This document shows positions 58,691-64,000 of a stretch of 64,000 nt of DNA, one piece after another. The stretch is from a virus. Position numbers and translations under genes: made by a program. Position 1 is the first letter of the stretch. Each line of letters begins with the position of its first letter. Where the stretch lies: positions 1-64,000 of the IMG/VR virus record IMGVR_UViG_3300035703_000036; one strand, written 5' to 3'. The notes beneath the pieces were generated by a model. The model was not told the DNA's origin and did no database searches. It saw nothing but the letters and a program-made list of their open reading frames with translations.

Positions 58691-59011
58691 ATGGCTAATT
58701 TTCTAAAAATCTCAAATGGCGTACCAAGATCGGCTGCTGAAACAGCTAATATGCCAATTTATGATGAGACTTTAGAGTTAGTATCCTCATCGCCAATTTC
58801 AGGTCAAATTTTAGGGCCAATTTTGACCGGAGCTGCAGTTACTCTTCCTAACAGTGGTTTTTATACGGGCGACGAATTGGAAGTTTACCTTAATGGTAAA
58901 AGACTTTACGACGTTTACGATTACAATTATTATAGTTCTACTCAAACATCTTTTACCTTCGATTTAATAGTCGGAGATGTAATTAGATTTAGAAAAGATA
59001 GGCCAGCTTAG
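58691..59011 (+). CDS. small structural protein
   Basis: YDE.L.LVS.SP...GPI...ELEVYLNG...DL.V.DV..FR paralogous to a domain of 53045. Confidence 0.65.
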   Translation: MANFLKISNGVPRSAAETANMPIYDETLELVSSSPISGQILGPILTGAAVTLPNSGFYTGDELEVYLNGKRLYDVYDYNYYSSTQTSFTFDLIVGDVIRFRKDRPA

Positions 59012-59020
59012 AGGTTAATT

Positions 59021-60367
59021 ATGTCAATACCCTTTGATACGCGACAGTCAGTACAAAGAAGTAACTTAAAAAATTTAGGTAAAACTTCTGGATCAAGACT
59101 AGACGGAATCGTTAGCAATATTAATACGGAACTTGATTCTCCGTTAAAAATGTACGCTACTTTTCCTGCTGCTGACGCTAAATTAAATTTTTCTGATGCT
59201 CAAGTCACATCTGCTGACGGTACTAAAAAAGTAGTATCTCCAATTTCTAATCAAGTTTTTAGCAGTCTATCATCTCTTTGGATTGATTTTCAAACACAGG
59301 CAGTTTCAAACGCTGCTAATTTTGATATTATTTGGCCAGTTGGCAGTACAGTAGGCAAGTTTAGATCGGCTGGAATTAGCTTAACAGATTCTGGAAAAAT
59401 AAATGTTCTGTTTTCTTCCGAAGAAACTTCAGAATCCGCCCTACCAGATGCCGGAACTTTAATGGCCTCAGGCGGACTTCCTTTAGGTTACATCATATTA
59501 GAATGTACTAATAGTTTAGGATATTTTAAAACAGCCGGAAGCTCTACTAGTATAATTGAAAATACAAAAATATATAGATTTGGAGCGGGTTCTGGCGGCG
59601 GCGGTGGCTCCGGTGCTAATAATAAAGTAATATTCTCTAGCCGTGTTCTTGCAGACGGTTCAAGCGCAGACAATTGTTCTCTAGCTGTCGTTTCAAATAA
59701 AACCGAAGTAACTCTTTCTTCAGCTTATATATACGATCAAAATTCAGGAAATACTCAGGGAGATATTTTTGTATATATTAACGGGCAAAAAATTGAAAGA
59801 AAAATTGCCGGTATCAACGATTATGTAGGTAACGTTATTTTTGAAGAAGACGTATCTGGTACAAAAATTTATATTTATCAAATTGTATCAGGCCCTGCTA
59901 CTCAAGAACTTTCTGGTTCTGTTTTAATAGAATGTTGCAAAGTTAATTATACAGTCGCATCGTTAGACTCTATATCTTCTGACCTCGTATCTACAATTAG
60001 TAATTATTTCAATATAGGAAATCTTGCTTTTTTTTGGAAAAGAGCTTATGTAGCTTCTTCTGTAACTAAAGATGTAGTTATTTCAGCATTAAATATCGAC
60101 TGGTCATTAAGTAACACTTTCACTAAATCAATTTCAGCTACATCTACTTTTACTTTTTCAAATTTGCCTAGTAGCGGAAATTCTCAGACAATTATCGTTA
60201 TCGTAACTAATACCTCTGGAACGGATCGAACAGTGAATTTTCCAGCCGGTATAAAGTGGCCTGGCTCTTTTCCGGTCACTACAGTCCTAGCTAATAAATC
60301 TGTTATATATACTTTTATATGTGTACAGTCAGTAGTTTATGCCGTATCGGCAGAAGGAATGGGCTAA
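59021..60367 (+). CDS. tail fibre-like protein
   Basis: Gly linker; C-terminal IDWS..N.F....TFTF.N.P...V.FP..IKWPG fibre module. Confidence 0.7.
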   Translation: MSIPFDTRQSVQRSNLKNLGKTSGSRLDGIVSNINTELDSPLKMYATFPAADAKLNFSDAQVTSADGTKKVVSPISNQVFSSLSSLWIDFQTQAVSNAANFDIIWPVGSTVGKFRSAGISLTDSGKINVLFSSEETSESALPDAGTLMASGGLPLGYIILECTNSLGYFKTAGSSTSIIENTKIYRFGAGSGGGGGSGANNKVIFSSRVLADGSSADNCSLAVVSNKTEVTLSSAYIYDQNSGNTQGDIFVYINGQKIERKIAGINDYVGNVIFEEDVSGTKIYIYQIVSGPATQELSGSVLIECCKVNYTVASLDSISSDLVSTISNYFNIGNLAFFWKRAYVASSVTKDVVISALNIDWSLSNTFTKSISATSTFTFSNLPSSGNSQTIIVIVTNTSGTDRTVNFPAGIKWPGSFPVTTVLANKSVIYTFICVQSVVYAVSAEGMG

Positions 60368-60369
60368 TT

Positions 60370-61389
60370 ATGTTACCTACACCAATGATTATTCAAGGTA
60401 ATTGGCCATTTGGCAAAGACGGCGATTTGATCATTACTTCTGGTAATGTAGTAACTATACAGGCAGGTTCTATCAAAGACTACCATTCAATTAGAATCGA
60501 TGCAGGATGTGCTTTAGTTATAGATGGAACAACTTCTACTTTACCAACAATAATTGGATGTAAAACAACCTGTGTTATCAACGGAGTTATCAGAAATAAT
60601 TCAGGATATATAGCAGGGACTTTTTCTAAAACAGATCCATTTGGACAAACTTTATCTTACACTACAGTACAAAAATTAGGTGGAGATGGAGGATTGCCAG
60701 CTTCCGGAGTGGGCGCTACTCCCAATTCAGGTCGAGGCGGTACGGACGGTTCCGGTGGTGGTGGACGCGGTGGAGATGGATCAGGATGGGCAGGTGCTGG
60801 TGGCGCCGGTGGTTACAATGGTAGCGGCGGTATATCAGGTATTTATAATTACTATCCTAGCGGTAGCAGTGGCGGTGTTTTAGTTGATAATGGAAATCTT
60901 ACTTTTGGAGACGGAGAAACAACGATATATGGAAATATAGCGGGATCTAAAGGTGGTGGTTCCGGCGGCGGTGGCGGTGGCGGAAACGGAAGAGGGTATT
61001 CAGAAGATCATAACGCCAATGGCGGTGGTGGCGGTGGATATCGAGGCGCTCACGGCGGATGTCTATATTTGCATTGTTTAAGCAGTATAACTGGCGCAGG
61101 CTTAATTGACTGTAGCGGTAAAGTCGGTTTTAAAGGCGGAACAGGAGGCTTTGATGGTGGACATGGTAACTACTTGTCTTATCAGGCTGGAAATAGTGGT
61201 GGCGGTGGCGCTGGAGGTTCTGGCGGTAAATTAAAAATTAGATGTAGAACTGCTTTTTCGGTATCTTATTCTGTTGCTGGAGCGGCAGGAGGCGTCGGAG
61301 GTTTGGCTAACTACGGAGATACAGTTACTTATCCAGGCCAACCGGGACAAACCGGAGATAATGGAACTGCAGATATTGTGTTAATATAA
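60370..61389 (+). CDS. glycine-rich fibre tip / receptor-binding protein
   Basis: ATG at 60370; repeated GGGGG / GG.GG tracts (polyglycine-sandwich-like). Confidence 0.7.
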   Translation: MLPTPMIIQGNWPFGKDGDLIITSGNVVTIQAGSIKDYHSIRIDAGCALVIDGTTSTLPTIIGCKTTCVINGVIRNNSGYIAGTFSKTDPFGQTLSYTTVQKLGGDGGLPASGVGATPNSGRGGTDGSGGGGRGGDGSGWAGAGGAGGYNGSGGISGIYNYYPSGSSGGVLVDNGNLTFGDGETTIYGNIAGSKGGGSGGGGGGGNGRGYSEDHNANGGGGGGYRGAHGGCLYLHCLSSITGAGLIDCSGKVGFKGGTGGFDGGHGNYLSYQAGNSGGGGAGGSGGKLKIRCRTAFSVSYSVAGAAGGVGGLANYGDTVTYPGQPGQTGDNGTADIVLI

Positions 61390-61403
61390 TTAAGGAATAA
61401 TAA

Positions 61404-61805
61404 ATGTATCATTTATTTAATAAGGAAGAATATTTGGGCCATTATGTTATACGTGTAGATTTACAAGTGTTTCTAGATACTTACGCTTTAAATCACTCTA
61501 TTGGTACAGAAAATCTCCATATATATGAAAGCGAATACTTTGATGCTGCAGGAAAAGTTGTTAAATATTCTACTAAAGAAATATTATTATGTAAAATTGT
61601 TGATGAAGATATTTTTATATTAAGAAATGTCTACGATGAACTTAGATCAGATATAACTGAAGAAGAAAAAAATAATATTTTGGAAAATAAAGCCTGTATT
61701 GAAAATGGATTAGATCCAATTCATCCATGGCCAAAAAAAGAATTCAGAGAAATAGGCGGTAAAGAAGTGGTTTTAGAGACCTATCCGCTAAAGCTTGTTC
61801 TGTAA
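61404..61805 (+). CDS. hypothetical protein (possible fibre chaperone)
   Basis: Follows the fibre genes; RBS aagga. Confidence 0.55.
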   Translation: MYHLFNKEEYLGHYVIRVDLQVFLDTYALNHSIGTENLHIYESEYFDAAGKVVKYSTKEILLCKIVDEDIFILRNVYDELRSDITEEEKNNILENKACIENGLDPIHPWPKKEFREIGGKEVVLETYPLKLVL

Positions 61806-61906
61806 TTGAGGCTAGTTATTAATCATATAAAGAAGCAATCTTTATAGTAACATAGCTCAAAATTTGTATGGATAATACTTATAAAAGCTATTTTTGGGAG
61901 CTTTAA

Positions 61907-64000
61907 ATGATAAAAATTTTAGGGGTAAGTCAAGTTATACCGGTCAATACTTTGACCGCTTCGAGTATTATTGATAACGGCAGCCTTATTCTCAAGTCTA
62001 CAACTGATTCGGTTACCACTGGAGCAAACGCTACTTTAAATAACATATCAACTCCTATTATACGAGTAACTAGCAGCTCATTAACAGGGCTAGACATGAT
62101 ACCTGCCGGCGTAGACGGTCAGGAAATAACTCTATCAAACGATACCGGATCTTCTTTAATTGTAAATAACGATTCAGGAAGTACTCCTGCTAATAGAATT
62201 TTTACTGGAGCTGGAACGAGTATTGTTCTTCTTAATAGATCATCTATTAAACTACAGTATAATTCAACATCTCAAAGATGGTATGTGATAGGCGGATCTG
62301 GAAGCGGGTCAGTCGGAGCAGGCAATCTAGATATTTTGCTTTCTCAACCTTTTGACGGTTCTTCTTTAGTAGATTTTGTTCAAACAGGATTAGAGCTACT
62401 AGACAATCCAAATATTCAAGGAACAAAAACCGCTAGATTAACTCATCAGCCTTCAACGATCCAGTCTTTTAAGCAAATTAAAAGCGTAGATAATAAATTT
62501 CGAGGAAAAAATGTTAATCTAGAATTAGAAGTTAGATCAACAGCTCAATCTGGAAATGTTACAATTCAATTTTATGATGAGTCAAATTCTCAAGATATCG
62601 GAACTGTTGAGACAGTAACTACAGGGTCAGAATTAATATCGGCTGATACTAACCTTAATAACGTATTAACGAACATATCTAGTCTAGATATTTTAAAAAT
62701 TAAAGTAGGACAGTCTATCACAGGATCTGGTATTCCTGCCGGAACTATTGTGTCAGATGTTGACACGATGTCTTTAACTGTTACTATCTCTAAAAATGCT
62801 ACATCATCTTCTTCTGAAATATTGAGCATCTCAGATATTTCAAGAAAACAAATTTTTTATTTTGATATTCCATTAAAATGTTCATCTCTTTCATATACTG
62901 TAAAAGCTTTAGCTGAAAGTGATTTTCCAGAAACTTATATAGACGATTTAGTTATCCAGCTTAGTCCGTCTTCTTCATCAGTTACTCCTCCAGTTATTAA
63001 TAGCGATTTAGGATACATTGATGAATTTGGCAACACTGTAATGCCTTTAAGCCCAATTCTAACTTCTATAGTAATTCAGGCTTCTGATTTACAAAACTGG
63101 GCTTTGACAGCTGACAATGATGGAAATATTCAGATTGAAACTACGACAAATACAGCAAGTAATATTCTTTTTGTTGCTGATAATAGTCAGACTGTGGAAA
63201 TTGATATTGAAAATGAATCTTTAGTGGTAAATACAGTTACAGGTACAGGAACTTTATATGACAACATATACCTGTCCGCTCCAAACGGAATGGTTTTTCG
63301 TTTAGCTATAGATTCTAGCTATCAAATAAGCTTAGAAGATTCTGGTACTAATTCATTAAAGATACAAGACAAATTAGGTGTAAACTTATTTAAGATACAG
63401 CAAACGGTCGATGGGGCTTTAGCATATTTAAAAGCATTTACAGGAAATTTACCAACTCCAGAAACTGTAACCGGATCTTTGCCGATAGCAATAGATGCTT
63501 CGGGATCTGGTAATCCTATTTTAAAACTTTGGAATTCTGTATCTAGTTCTTGGATGACTCTTATAACAAAAGAAACAAAAAGCGACGCTTATCCTGTCGG
63601 AACAATAATAACTAGTTTTTTAGATTTGCAAACTTTTAGAACAGAGATGAATGATACTGGTACTGTTAAAAAATGGAAAATGTTAGACGGATCAAGTGTT
63701 GCGACAGATGATCTTAAAACAGTATTAAACTGGAATATACTACCTGATGGTCGCGGTAAGTTTTTAAGGATGATGGATGACACCACGACTCCTGTAAGTG
63801 ATTCGGATGTAGAGTCAAGACTTAGACATCAGAGTCAGTACATGGGATCGTACCAAGATGATGCTATGCAGGGTCACAGACACTTTTTAGGATCTTCAGA
63901 CGGTGACAATACAACGTCAGGACAAAACGTAGCAACTGGTTGGACACTTACCGGAGCTGCTGCTACCGCTAAAAATGTCATAACAGCAAGTATTATTCTT
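61907..64000 (+). CDS. tail fibre with a tail-collar domain, truncated by the window end (not in the ORF track)
   Basis: ATG at 61907 after gggag; reads MIKILGVSQVIP... at the start and YPVGTIITSFL...LPDGRGKFLR...GSYQDDAMQGHRH near the end; the middle was not fully translated by hand. Confidence 0.75.
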   Translation, partial: MIKILGVSQVIPVNTLTASSIIDNGSLILKSTTDSVTTGANATLNNISTPIIRVTSSSLTGLDMIPAGVDGQEITLSNDTGSSLIVNNDSGSTPANRIFTGAGTSIVLLNRSSIKLQYNSTSQRWYVIGGSGSGSVGAGNLDILLSQPFDGSSLVDFVQTGLELLDNPNIQGTKTARLTHQPSTIQSFKQIKSVDNKFRGKNVNLELEVRSTAQSGNVTIQFYDESNSQDIGTVETVTTGSELISADTNLNNVLTNISSLDILKIKVGQSITGSGIPAGTIVSDVDTMSLTVTISKNATSSSSEILSISDISRKQIFYFDIPLKCSSLSYTVKALAESDFPETYIDDLVIQLSPSSSSVTPPVINSDLGYIDEFGNTVMPLSPILTSIVIQASDLQNWALTADNDGNIQIETTTNTASNILFVADNSQTVEIDIENESLVVNTVTGTGTLYDNIYLSAPNGMVFRLAIDSSYQISLEDSGTNSLKIQDKLGVNLFKIQQTVDGALAYLKAFTGNLPTPETVTGSLPIAIDASGSGNPILKLWNSVSSSWMTLITKETKSDAYPVGTIITSFLDLQTFRTEMNDTGTVKKWKMLDGSSVATDDLKTVLNWNILPDGRGKFLRMMDDTTTPVSDSDVESRLRHQSQYMGSYQDDAMQGHRHFLGSSDGDNTTSGQNVATGWTLTGAAATAKNVITASIIL

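Noticed and set aside
45179-63786. Short antisense or alternate-frame ORFs inside large structural genes (e.g. 45179, 50557, 55515, 57750, 59488, 60680, 62590, 63589)
   Set aside because: Fully nested in long well-supported genes, with no recognisable motifs
1-64000. Stop-codon reassignment, as seen in some large phages
   Set aside because: Code 11 gives dense gene tiling with 2-6 kb ORFs; TAA, TAG and TGA all occur at sensible gene ends; no suppressor tRNA was found
53045-64000. Diversity-generating retroelement or invertase-based fibre switching
   Set aside because: No reverse transcriptase or recombinase ORF, and no TR/VR pair differing only at adenines was seen

Overview
AT-rich 64 kb segment of a large tailed dsDNA bacteriophage with a contractile (myovirus-type) tail, read in standard code 11 with Shine-Dalgarno sites. 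Virion genes occur in blocks. ~0.4-6.6 kb holds fibre and spike proteins. 9.4-19.7 kb holds a tail chaperone pair, tape measure, baseplate hub, central spike and a fibre. 36.9-38.3 kb and 40.9-51.9 kb hold a LysM/gp25-type fusion, a 2104-aa baseplate J, a wedge protein and a tube-like protein. 53-64 kb holds many fibre/decoration proteins, the last truncated by the window edge. Between them lies a ~17 kb accessory region driven by sigma70-like promoters. It has many small ORFs plus a CPBP protease, a Mom-family DNA-modification enzyme, a DenV-like glycosylase, a ClpX-like ATPase, a DEDDh exonuclease, a C39-like peptidase, a cupredoxin, a HAD phosphatase, a dNMP kinase and a MazG-like protein. 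A minus-strand block nearby carries a metzincin lipoprotein and PIN-PhoH. The standout observation is a tRNA-Gly-like RNA at 21144-21217, absent from the ORF track and 14 nt downstream of the Mom-like gene. It keeps the glycyl-tRNA synthetase identity elements but has lost the elements needed for ribosomal translation. This suggests a dedicated phage-encoded glycyl-donor RNA for adenine hypermodification of DNA. All protein calls are by eye from motifs and gene order; no database searches were run.
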